This document shows positions 6,364-13,682 of a DNA stretch of 14,150 nucleotides, piece by piece. The translations under genes and the position numbers were made by a program. The notes under the pieces are model-generated. The model did no database searches. It was not told where the DNA came from and was given only the letters and a program-made list of their open reading frames with translations. This DNA is from Gammaproteobacteria bacterium (GTDB lineage: Bacteria; Pseudomonadota; Gammaproteobacteria; Steroidobacterales; Rariloculaceae). The stretch's first letter is position 1, and each line of letters begins with the position of its first letter. The stretch spans positions 1-14,150 of the forward strand of contig JASFSB010000007.1 in the NCBI GenBank assembly GCA_050114615.1, in the 5' to 3' direction.

Positions 6364-7725
6364 ATGACTGGATTTGTTCTGGCCGTTGCGATCGTTCTGC
6401 TGGTCATCGGGTCGCTGGCGTTTCACTTCATGAGCCCATGGCAGCTTACGCCGCTCGCCTCGCAATGGAACGATATCGACCTGACCATCGACATCACTTT
6501 CTGGGTGACCGGGTTTGTCTTTGTCGCCGTCAACGCTTTTCTCGTTTACTGCCTGTTCAGGTACCGACATCGAGAAGGCAATAAAGCCGACTACGATCCT
6601 GAGAATACACGCCTGGAGGTCATACTGACGTCGATCACCACAGTCGGTGTCATCGCGATGCTGGCGCCCGGGCTGTTCGCCTGGGCGGATTTCGTCAACG
6701 TGCCTGACGACGCCCGCCAGGTGGAGGCCATGGGCAAGCAGTGGCACTGGAGCTATCGCTTTCCCGGTGAGGATGGCGTCTTCGGTGATGTCGCGGTCCG
6801 TCACGCGTCGGTCGACAATCCGTTTGGCATCGACCCCGAAGACCCTGCCGGCCAGGACGACCTTCTCATCATGCAGCCGATTCTTCATCTGCCGGTCGAC
6901 GAGAACGCACACGTGCTGCTGCGTTCGACGGATGTGCTGCACAACTTCACTGTCCCGCAATTCCGTGTGAAGATGGATCTCGTGCCGGGTATGGTGACGT
7001 ATCAGTGGTTCCGCCCGACCGAAGTCGGCACTTATGACGTGCTCTGTGAAGAACATTGCGGCGTCGGCCATTTTGCGATGCGCAGCAGGGTCGTCGTCGA
7101 GCCGCGCGCAGATTTCGAAGCCTGGCTCAATGGGCAGCCGACTTTCGCGCAGACTCAGGCACGCCCGCTCGGCAATGCGACCGCCGGTGCGGCGATGTAC
7201 GGTGTCTGCGCTGCCTGTCACGGAGCCCAGGGCGAGGGCAACCAGGCGCTCAATGCGCCGAAGCTCGCCGGTCAGGAAGGCTGGTACATCCGTCGGCAGA
7301 TCGCCAACTATCAAAACGGCCTGCGCGGAGCTTCGGCGGACGACGTTGCCGGCATGCAGATGGCGCCGATGGCGCGTACGCTCGCAACGCCGGCGGCGCT
7401 GGAAAACGTCATTGCATACATTGAAACGCTGCCGGACGCAGAGCCGGCGACCACGATCACCGGCAACGCCGCACGCGGTGCAGAGCTCTACCAGTCGTGT
7501 GCGGTCTGCCACGGCAACGAAGGCGAGGGCCGCTGGAACACCAACGCGCCGCGACTGGCGAACATGAGCGACTGGTATCTCGCCAATCAGCTCGTCAATT
7601 TTAAGAATCGCGTGCGTGGCGGGCATGCAGACGACATTTACGGCGATCAGATGTACATGATTTCGACGAGCCTGATCACCGATCAGGCGATCGAAGACGT
7701 CATTGCATACATCAATACGCTTTAA
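6364..7725 (+). CDS. coxB: Cytochrome c oxidase subunit II (CuA) fused to a C-terminal dihaem c4-like cytochrome c domain (ccaa3-type / CoxM-like)
   Basis: 453 aa with N-terminal TM helices. QWHWSYRF, DVLHNF and a complete CuA motif CEEHCGVGHFAM (7045-7080). Two CxxCH motifs: CAACH 7207-7221 and CAVCH 7498-7512. Each is followed by a c4-like ...AP.LA......Y...Q...........D..G.QM... module. Confidence 0.92.
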   Translation: MTGFVLAVAIVLLVIGSLAFHFMSPWQLTPLASQWNDIDLTIDITFWVTGFVFVAVNAFLVYCLFRYRHREGNKADYDPENTRLEVILTSITTVGVIAMLAPGLFAWADFVNVPDDARQVEAMGKQWHWSYRFPGEDGVFGDVAVRHASVDNPFGIDPEDPAGQDDLLIMQPILHLPVDENAHVLLRSTDVLHNFTVPQFRVKMDLVPGMVTYQWFRPTEVGTYDVLCEEHCGVGHFAMRSRVVVEPRADFEAWLNGQPTFAQTQARPLGNATAGAAMYGVCAACHGAQGEGNQALNAPKLAGQEGWYIRRQIANYQNGLRGASADDVAGMQMAPMARTLATPAALENVIAYIETLPDAEPATTITGNAARGAELYQSCAVCHGNEGEGRWNTNAPRLANMSDWYLANQLVNFKNRVRGGHADDIYGDQMYMISTSLITDQAIEDVIAYINTL

Positions 7726-7811
7726 AGAAAACGGCTCAAAGAGAACTTTGGGAATGGAACAGCGCACAGGCGGTCAGTCAGCCGACACGGGCGCCGGGAG
7801 GACTCTCTAAA

Positions 7812-9563
7812 ATGGCTTACGTTGCAATCGCAGATCGCGACCACGAACAACATCATCACGATCCGGATACGTTTCTGACGAAATACGTCTGGAGCCAGGA
7901 CCATAAGGTCATCGGCATTCAATACGGCAGCCTCGCGATCTTTACCGGCATCGTTGCGTTGATCCTTTCGCTGATGTTCCGCACGCAGATCGGCTTCCCC
8001 GGCGCAATCGAAGCCGTCACGCCCTATACCTATTATCAGTTCGTGACCATGCACGGCATGATCATGGTCGTGTATATGCTCACGGCACTGTTCCTGGGTG
8101 GGTTCGGTAACTTCCTCGTGCCGCTCATGTGCGGCAGCCGGGACATGGTGTTCCCGTTTCTCAATATGCTCAGCGTCTGGGTGTTTCTGCTCTCCGTGAT
8201 CATTCTGATGGCGAGCTTTTTCGTGCCGGGCGGCGCCACCGGCGCTGGCTGGACGCTGTATCCGCCGCAGGCGATTGCCGAGGGCACGCCTGGCGTGGAT
8301 GGCGGCATCGTCCTGATGCTGCTTTCGCTGGCCGTGTTCATCGTCGCCTTCACGATGGGCGGCCTGAACTACATCACGACGATCCTCCAGGCGCGCTGCC
8401 GCGGTATGACGCTGATGCGCATGCCGCTGTCGATCTGGGGCATTTTCGTAGCCACGATACTCGGCCTGCTCGCATTTCCCGCGCTGCTCGTTGCAGCCAT
8501 CATGATGCTGCTCGACCGCGTCATCGGGACGAGCTTCTTCATGCCGGCGCTGCTGACGCTCGGCGAAGCAACTGACACGCGCGGCGGCAGTCCGATCCTG
8601 TTTCAGCATCTGTTCTGGTTCTTTGGGCACCCTGAGGTCTACATCGTCGCACTGCCGGCTTTCGGCATCGTCTCGGACCTGCTGAGCGTGCACGCGCGCA
8701 AGAACATATTCGGCTATCGTCTGATGGTCTGGGCTATCGTGGCCATCGGCGCGCTGAGCTTCGTGGTCTGGGCGCACCACATGTACGTCAGTGGCATGAA
8801 TCCGTATTTCGGTTTCTTTTTCGCCACGACCACGCTGATCATTGCCATTCCGACCGCGATCAAGGTCTACAACTGGACCTGCACACTGTGGCGCGGTGAC
8901 ATTCATTTCTCGCTGCCGATGCTCTGGGCGATCGGCTTTATCTTCACCTTCATCCACGGCGGACTGACGGGGCTGTTTCTCGGCAATGTCACGGTCGACC
9001 TGCCGCTGTCGGATACCTACTTCGTGATCGGCCACTTCCACATGGTCATGGGCCTGTCGCCGTTCCTCGTCATCTTCGGCGCGATCTATCACTGGTTCCC
9101 GAAAATGAGCGGCAAAATGCTCAACGAGACGCTTGGCAAGATCCATTTCTGGATGACCTTCCTCGGCGGCTACTGTGTCTTCCTGCCGATGCATTATCTC
9201 GGCCTGCTCGGCATGCCGCGTCGCTACTTCTTCTACGGCGAGACGGGCTTCATTCCGGAGTCGGCCACGAGCGTCAACGAGGCCATCACGATCGCAGCAT
9301 TCATTGTCTCCGCCGCGCAGCTCGTCTTCTTCATCAACCTGTTCTGGAGCCTGCGCTTCGGGAAGAAAGCGCCGGAGAATCCGTGGCGCGCCACGACGCT
9401 CGAGTGGCAGACACCGGACACGCCTGCGAAGCATGGCAACTGGGGCCACAGTCTGCCCGTCGTTCATCGCTGGGCCTATGACTTCAGCGTTCCGGGCGCA
9501 AAGGAAGACTTCATTCCCCAGAACGTGCCGAAGAGCGATGAACATCCGGGCAGTGTTCACTAG
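7812..9563 (+). CDS. coxA: Haem-copper oxidase subunit I, A1-type (cytochrome c oxidase subunit I)
   Basis: 583 aa. Low-spin haem His (VTMHGMIM). D-channel GGFGNFLVPLM..SRDMVFP. WFFGHPEVY carries the CuB His, the Glu and the cross-link Tyr. WAHHMY present. K-channel PTAIKVYNW. GHFHMV carries the haem axial His residues. LGMPRRY present. Most similar in feel to CtaD-type sequences. Confidence 0.95.
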   Translation: MAYVAIADRDHEQHHHDPDTFLTKYVWSQDHKVIGIQYGSLAIFTGIVALILSLMFRTQIGFPGAIEAVTPYTYYQFVTMHGMIMVVYMLTALFLGGFGNFLVPLMCGSRDMVFPFLNMLSVWVFLLSVIILMASFFVPGGATGAGWTLYPPQAIAEGTPGVDGGIVLMLLSLAVFIVAFTMGGLNYITTILQARCRGMTLMRMPLSIWGIFVATILGLLAFPALLVAAIMMLLDRVIGTSFFMPALLTLGEATDTRGGSPILFQHLFWFFGHPEVYIVALPAFGIVSDLLSVHARKNIFGYRLMVWAIVAIGALSFVVWAHHMYVSGMNPYFGFFFATTTLIIAIPTAIKVYNWTCTLWRGDIHFSLPMLWAIGFIFTFIHGGLTGLFLGNVTVDLPLSDTYFVIGHFHMVMGLSPFLVIFGAIYHWFPKMSGKMLNETLGKIHFWMTFLGGYCVFLPMHYLGLLGMPRRYFFYGETGFIPESATSVNEAITIAAFIVSAAQLVFFINLFWSLRFGKKAPENPWRATTLEWQTPDTPAKHGNWGHSLPVVHRWAYDFSVPGAKEDFIPQNVPKSDEHPGSVH

Positions 9564-9594
9564 GATCGGCAACAACTAAGCTAAGGACAGAATC

Positions 9595-10302
9595 GTGTTT
9601 ACCCTGTTGTTCATCATGATGCTCGTCGCCGCGACGGTGGCATGGTTCGTCATTCAGCGGCTGCAGGACAAGCCCTGGCTCGTTCAGGGCGTCGTCGACA
9701 GCTCGCATGACAGCGGCGGACTGTTCTCTTCGGCGCCGCACGTCGCACTGTGGAGCTTTCTGGCCATCGTCGCGAGCATCTTCGGAATCTTCACCGGCGC
9801 CTACTATATGCGTATGGACACCGCCCACGGCGGCATTGCGATGGGCGTCATGGAAGCGTGGATGCCAATTCGCGAGCCGATGCTGCTGTGGATCAATACC
9901 GGCGTACTCGTCGTGACGAGCCTGTGCCTGGAGCTGGCGCGCCGCGCCGCGGCCAGCAGGGCGGTGAGCGACATGCGCACACTGCTCGTCGCTGCCTGCG
10001 TTTTGACGCTCGTCTTCGTTGCAGGCCAGATGTATGCCTGGCAGCTCGTCGGGCCGGAAGTCATGACACGCTCCAACGCCGCCTATACCTTCTTCGTACT
10101 GCTGACAGCGGTGCATGCACTGCACCTCGTCGGCGGGCTGTTCGTGCTCACGCGAGCCGCTGCGCGAGTCAGCCGGGATTTCGATGCAACCAATACGCTC
10201 GCGATGGCGGCCATTCGTCAGACGATCGGCCTGTGTGCCACCTACTGGCACTTCCTGTTGCTGGTCTGGGCGGGGCTGTTCTTACTGCTGCTGACTTCCT
10301 AG
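9595..10302 (+). CDS. Divergent haem-copper oxidase subunit III-family protein (5-TM, CoxO-like)
   Basis: 235 aa, GTG start with AAGGAC SD. The C-terminal half aligns with subunit III blocks (FFVLLTAVHALHLVGGLFVL; ATYWHFLLLVWAGLF), but the usual N-terminal W.F..SD..FF block is missing and the WHFVD Asp is replaced. Confidence 0.72.
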   Translation: MFTLLFIMMLVAATVAWFVIQRLQDKPWLVQGVVDSSHDSGGLFSSAPHVALWSFLAIVASIFGIFTGAYYMRMDTAHGGIAMGVMEAWMPIREPMLLWINTGVLVVTSLCLELARRAAASRAVSDMRTLLVAACVLTLVFVAGQMYAWQLVGPEVMTRSNAAYTFFVLLTAVHALHLVGGLFVLTRAAARVSRDFDATNTLAMAAIRQTIGLCATYWHFLLLVWAGLFLLLLTS

Positions 10303-10347
10303 ACCGAAACACTTTTACTGGACACATTACTTAAGGACTCAAGACTC

Positions 10348-11019
10348 ATGGCGCAAGACGGTCACACTGCCTCCTCAGGCACTTTCGTTGCCGACTGGTC
10401 CGCTGACAGGCAGACCTATCAGGTCCCCTGGGGCAAGGCGATGATGTGGATCTTCCTGCTCAGCGATACGTTCATCTTCTCGAGCTTCCTCGTCGGCTAT
10501 ATGAACGTCCGGATGTCGACCGGTGTCAACTGGCCGAACCCGAGCGAAGTGTTCGCGCTGACGCTGTTCGGCATCGACATGCCGCTGATCCTCATCGCGA
10601 TCATGACGTTCGTGCTGATCACGAGTTCCGGCACGATGGCCATGGCGGTCAACTTCGGCTATCGCGGCGACCGTAAACGTGCGGCCGCACTGATGCTGAT
10701 CACGGCAGCTTTCGGCGCCGTGTTCGTCGGCATGCAGGCATTCGAGTGGAGCAAGCTGATTATCGAGGAAGGCGTTCGCCCCTGGACCAACCCGATGGGC
10801 GCCGAGCAGTTCGGCGCTTCGTTTTTCATGATTACGGGCTTCCATGGCGCACACGTGACCGGTGGCGTCATCTATCTCATCGTCGTCGCGCTGAAGGTTC
10901 TCAGAGGCGATTACGAGAAGGGCGGCGGTAATTACGAAATCGTGGAGATAACCGGATTGTACTGGCACTTTGTCGACCTCGTCTGGGTGTTCATTTTCGC
11001 GTTTTTCTATCTTTGGTAA
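10348..11019 (+). CDS. Haem-copper oxidase subunit III (5-TM CtaE/CyoC/CoxP-like)
   Basis: 223 aa. MMWIFLLSDTFIFSSFLVGY, FFMITGFHGAHVTGGVIYL and GLYWHFVDLVWVFIFAFFYLW are canonical subunit III motifs. Confidence 0.88.
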   Translation: MAQDGHTASSGTFVADWSADRQTYQVPWGKAMMWIFLLSDTFIFSSFLVGYMNVRMSTGVNWPNPSEVFALTLFGIDMPLILIAIMTFVLITSSGTMAMAVNFGYRGDRKRAAALMLITAAFGAVFVGMQAFEWSKLIIEEGVRPWTNPMGAEQFGASFFMITGFHGAHVTGGVIYLIVVALKVLRGDYEKGGGNYEIVEITGLYWHFVDLVWVFIFAFFYLW

Positions 11020-11029
11020 GGGAATCGAC

Positions 11030-11389
11030 ATGGCATCTGAAGGACAACAACACCCGCTTGGCATCTACTTCGCGATCTGGGCTCTGCTGTTCGCATTGAG
11101 CGCCGTTTCTTATGCATCGGACTTTCTGCCTCACGGATACTTCCGCTGGAGCGTGATCCTGGTGGCCATGTTCCTGAAAGCCGGATTTATCGTCGCGATT
11201 TTCATGCACATGAAGTGGGAACGTCTGGCGCTGATCATGACCGTGCTCGGTCCGCCGGCCGTACTGCTCGTGCTCATCGGCCTGATGGCCGTCGAGGGCG
11301 ACTACGTAAACAGCACGCGCGGTGAATTCTTCTCCGCTGAGATACAACCCGAAGGCCATCTCGCTGTCGAGGGCGGCGAGGAACACTGA
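11030..11389 (+). CDS. Prokaryotic cytochrome c oxidase subunit IV family protein (COX4_pro-like, 3 TM)
   Basis: 119 aa from ATG 11030, 10 nt after the previous stop; the track's 10970 start overlaps the upstream gene. The HPLGIYFAIWALLFALSAVSY...LKAGFIVAIFMHMKWE pattern is typical of bacterial subunit IV (CtaF/CyoD-like). Confidence 0.8.
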   Translation: MASEGQQHPLGIYFAIWALLFALSAVSYASDFLPHGYFRWSVILVAMFLKAGFIVAIFMHMKWERLALIMTVLGPPAVLLVLIGLMAVEGDYVNSTRGEFFSAEIQPEGHLAVEGGEEH

Positions 11390-11401
11390 GGTGTATTCGC
11401 T

Positions 11402-11689
11402 ATGACATTGTGGCTGGTCATTGCTGCGGCCCTGGCGCTGTTCTGGGGCGCGATGTGGAAGAACTACACGAAAATGGCGGTCGGCGCGCTGATCGGCATT
11501 CCCGTCGGCTGGTACGCAGCCGGCCCCGTTTACTCATACCTGACTGGTGATATGCACGAAATTCCTCTCTGGCTGCCGCCACTGCCGTTCGCAATCGTTG
11601 CCGTGTTGCTGCTCGTCGTGGGCGCCATCATCTGGTTTCGTCCGGACCCGCCTTCACGCAACGCGGACGACTCGACCGAGCAGCACTGA
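11402..11689 (+). CDS. Hypothetical small integral membrane protein (95 aa, about 3 TM) at the end of the oxidase operon
   Basis: ATG lies 12 nt after the subunit IV stop, with GAGGTG SD. Third-position GC bias resembles the neighbouring genes. Three hydrophobic segments and a polar acidic tail. I recognise no family. Confidence 0.6.
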   Translation: MTLWLVIAAALALFWGAMWKNYTKMAVGALIGIPVGWYAAGPVYSYLTGDMHEIPLWLPPLPFAIVAVLLLVVGAIIWFRPDPPSRNADDSTEQH

Positions 11690-11716
11690 GGCCGCCTTTC
11701 AGGCCGATGGCTCGTT

Positions 11717-11739
11717 GGCTGCCGCGGGCGCGGCGAGCC
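11717..11739. terminator. GC-rich hairpin between convergent operons (GGCT-GCCGC-gggc-GCGGC-g-AGCC), candidate bidirectional terminator
   Basis: About 9 bp of stem with one bulge, read from the sequence in the 57-bp gap between the stop at 11689 (+) and the stop at 11747 (-). Only a short TTT follows. Confidence 0.35.
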
Positions 11740-11746
11740 GCCGCGT

Positions 11747-13117
11747 TTAACCGTATATCTGCGCGGGCAGCCAGGTCGCGAGTCCATCGAACCATGCGAT
11801 CGCAACGAGCGCAATGATCTGAATGACGATGAACGGAATGACGCCACGGTAGATGTCGCCTGTTCGCAAACTCGCCGGCGCCACTCCACGCAGATAAAAC
11901 AATGCGAAGCCGAATGGCGGCGTCAGAAACGAGGTTTGCAGGTTTACCGCAATCAGGACGCCGAGCCAGACGGGGTCCATTCCCATCGCAAGAAGCACCG
12001 GCCCGACGATCGGCACGACGACGAAAGTAATTTCGATAAAGTCGAGCACGAAACCGAGCAGGAACATGACCAGCATGACGATCAGTAATGCGCCGATTTC
12101 GCCTCCGGGCATGTCCGTCAACAACTGCTGTACCAGACGGTCGCCGCCGTAGCCGCGAAAGACGAGCGAGAACACCGATGCGCCGATCAGAATCAGAAAA
12201 ACCATACTGCTGACGCGAGTCGTGCTCCGGACAACCTCGGTCAGGCGCGCAAACGTCAGTTCACTTCGGGACAGCGCCAGCGCGATGGCGCCGACGGCGC
12301 CGACCCCGGCTGCCTCCGTCGGCGTGGCGAATCCAACGAGAATGGATCCGAGAACGGCAATGATCAGGATCAGCGGTGGCGCGAGCGCGCGCATCACAGC
12401 CGGCAGCGCAACGTCTTTGCGCTCCGCTTCGCTCAGCGCCGGCACGGATTCGGGTCTCAATATCGCGATCGCTGCCAGATAAGCGATGTAGAGAACGACG
12501 AGCAGCAGCCCCGGCAGCAGCGACCCGGCAAACAGGTCACCAACCGAAACGGTATCCGTGTTGAAAACACCCTGACTGAGCTGTGCCTGCGAATAGGCCG
12601 ACGACAAGACATCGCCAAGCAGTACGAGGACGATGGACGGCGGAATGATCTGACCGAGCGTACCGGCCGCACAGATCGTTCCTGCAGCAACCCGCGGATC
12701 ATAGCCGCGCTTCAGCATGGTCGGCAGTGACAGCAGCCCCATCGTCACGACAGTTGCGCCGACGATGCCAGTGCTGGCCGCGAGCAGCATGCCGACGATG
12801 GTCACCGCGACTCCGAGACCACCCCGCAATCCGCCGAACAGGGCGGTCAGGCTTTCGAGCAGGTTTTCCGCGATTCGCGTGCGCTCGAGCATGATGCCCA
12901 TGAATACGAACAACGGCACTGCAAGCAGCGTTTCGTTGCGCATGATCCCGTAGATTCGGCTCGGCATCGTGCCGAGAAACGCGACGTCGAAGACACCGCC
13001 AATCATTCCGCCAAGGGCGAACATAAAGGCGACGCCACCAAGCGTGAACGCGACCGGAAATCCCGCCAGCAGCACGGCGACTGCAGCCAGAAACATGACG
13101 ATTGCGAGCCACTCCAT
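11747..13117 (-). CDS. TRAP transporter large permease (DctM family, COG4664/FcbT3-like)
   Basis: Polytopic. MEWLAIVMFLAAVAVLLAGFPVAFTLGG... is the typical DctM N-terminus. ATG 13117 lies 1 nt after the dctQ TAG stop (13121..13119). The track's longer 13183 start overlaps dctQ with an Arg-rich non-membrane extension. Confidence 0.9.
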   Translation of the reverse strand: MEWLAIVMFLAAVAVLLAGFPVAFTLGGVAFMFALGGMIGGVFDVAFLGTMPSRIYGIMRNETLLAVPLFVFMGIMLERTRIAENLLESLTALFGGLRGGLGVAVTIVGMLLAASTGIVGATVVTMGLLSLPTMLKRGYDPRVAAGTICAAGTLGQIIPPSIVLVLLGDVLSSAYSQAQLSQGVFNTDTVSVGDLFAGSLLPGLLLVVLYIAYLAAIAILRPESVPALSEAERKDVALPAVMRALAPPLILIIAVLGSILVGFATPTEAAGVGAVGAIALALSRSELTFARLTEVVRSTTRVSSMVFLILIGASVFSLVFRGYGGDRLVQQLLTDMPGGEIGALLIVMLVMFLLGFVLDFIEITFVVVPIVGPVLLAMGMDPVWLGVLIAVNLQTSFLTPPFGFALFYLRGVAPASLRTGDIYRGVIPFIVIQIIALVAIAWFDGLATWLPAQIYG

Positions 13118-13118
13118 T

Positions 13119-13682
13119 CTAGTCTCGCGCATCCGGGGAGCGCGACTGCCTGAGCGCCACCCAGGCATCCAGAATGATCGCAACTCCCTGAATCGCCACG
13201 AGAACGAACGCGAGCGGGATCAGCGTTTTCATGGCGGGAACGAACGGGTATGGCAGACCGCCGACCTCCGGCGAGCCTTCCCTGATGGACCACGACGTCG
13301 CAACGTAATCGAAGCTCATGAAAATCAGCATGATCGAGAGCGGCAGAAGAAACACGAGACTGCCAATGAGCTCGACCCAGGCCCGCTGACGTGTCGAGAA
13401 CTGACTGTAGAAGATGTCGACTCTGACATGCTCGTCCCTGTTCAGCGTGTAAGCTGCCGCAAGCATGAACACGAGCGCGTGCATCCAAACGACGAGTTCC
13501 TGCATCCAGATCCAGTTCAGCGCGAACGCATAGCGCAGCAACGCTATCACGAATGTCGCAACCACCATTGGCAGCGTCAGCCAGGAAATGACTGCTCCGG
13601 TTAGCTCGCTGAATTGTCGCAGCGGCCCGGCGAGCGGATGTGATTCCACACGCTCCTGAGCTCCCGCCTCAGGGCTCGTCAT
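13119..13682 (-). CDS. TRAP transporter small permease (DctQ family, COG4665/FcbT2-like)
   Basis: LLRYAFALNWIWMQELVVWMHALVFMLAAAYTLNRDEHVRVDIFY is a typical DctQ core, with 4 TM. I prefer ATG 13682, with GAGAGGGGGA 8 nt upstream, over the track's GTG 13712. Confidence 0.85.
   Translation of the reverse strand: MTSPEAGAQERVESHPLAGPLRQFSELTGAVISWLTLPMVVATFVIALLRYAFALNWIWMQELVVWMHALVFMLAAAYTLNRDEHVRVDIFYSQFSTRQRAWVELIGSLVFLLPLSIMLIFMSFDYVATSWSIREGSPEVGGLPYPFVPAMKTLIPLAFVLVAIQGVAIILDAWVALRQSRSPDARD

Noticed and set aside
7812-9563. Possibility that subunit I is a nitric-oxide reductase or quinol oxidase rather than a cytochrome c oxidase
   Set aside because: It retains the HPEVY Glu and cross-link Tyr, all CuB His residues, and the D-channel Asp/Asn and K-channel Lys. 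Its partner subunit II has a complete CuA site plus c-haem domains. These are hallmarks of an O2-reducing, cytochrome c (or cupredoxin) oxidising A1 enzyme.
6244-9575. Two very long minus-strand ORFs (6244-7767, 507 aa; 7722-9575, 617 aa) that could be read as large novel proteins
   Set aside because: They lie exactly antisense to coxII and coxI, which have unmistakable motifs. Their translations are Arg/His/Asp/Gln-rich with no hydrophobic core or recognisable motif, which is the typical stop-codon-poor antisense frame of GC-rich coding DNA.
9511-11064. 246-aa and 229-aa minus-strand ORFs
   Set aside because: They are antisense to the two subunit III genes. Their His/Arg/Asp-rich translations have no motif.
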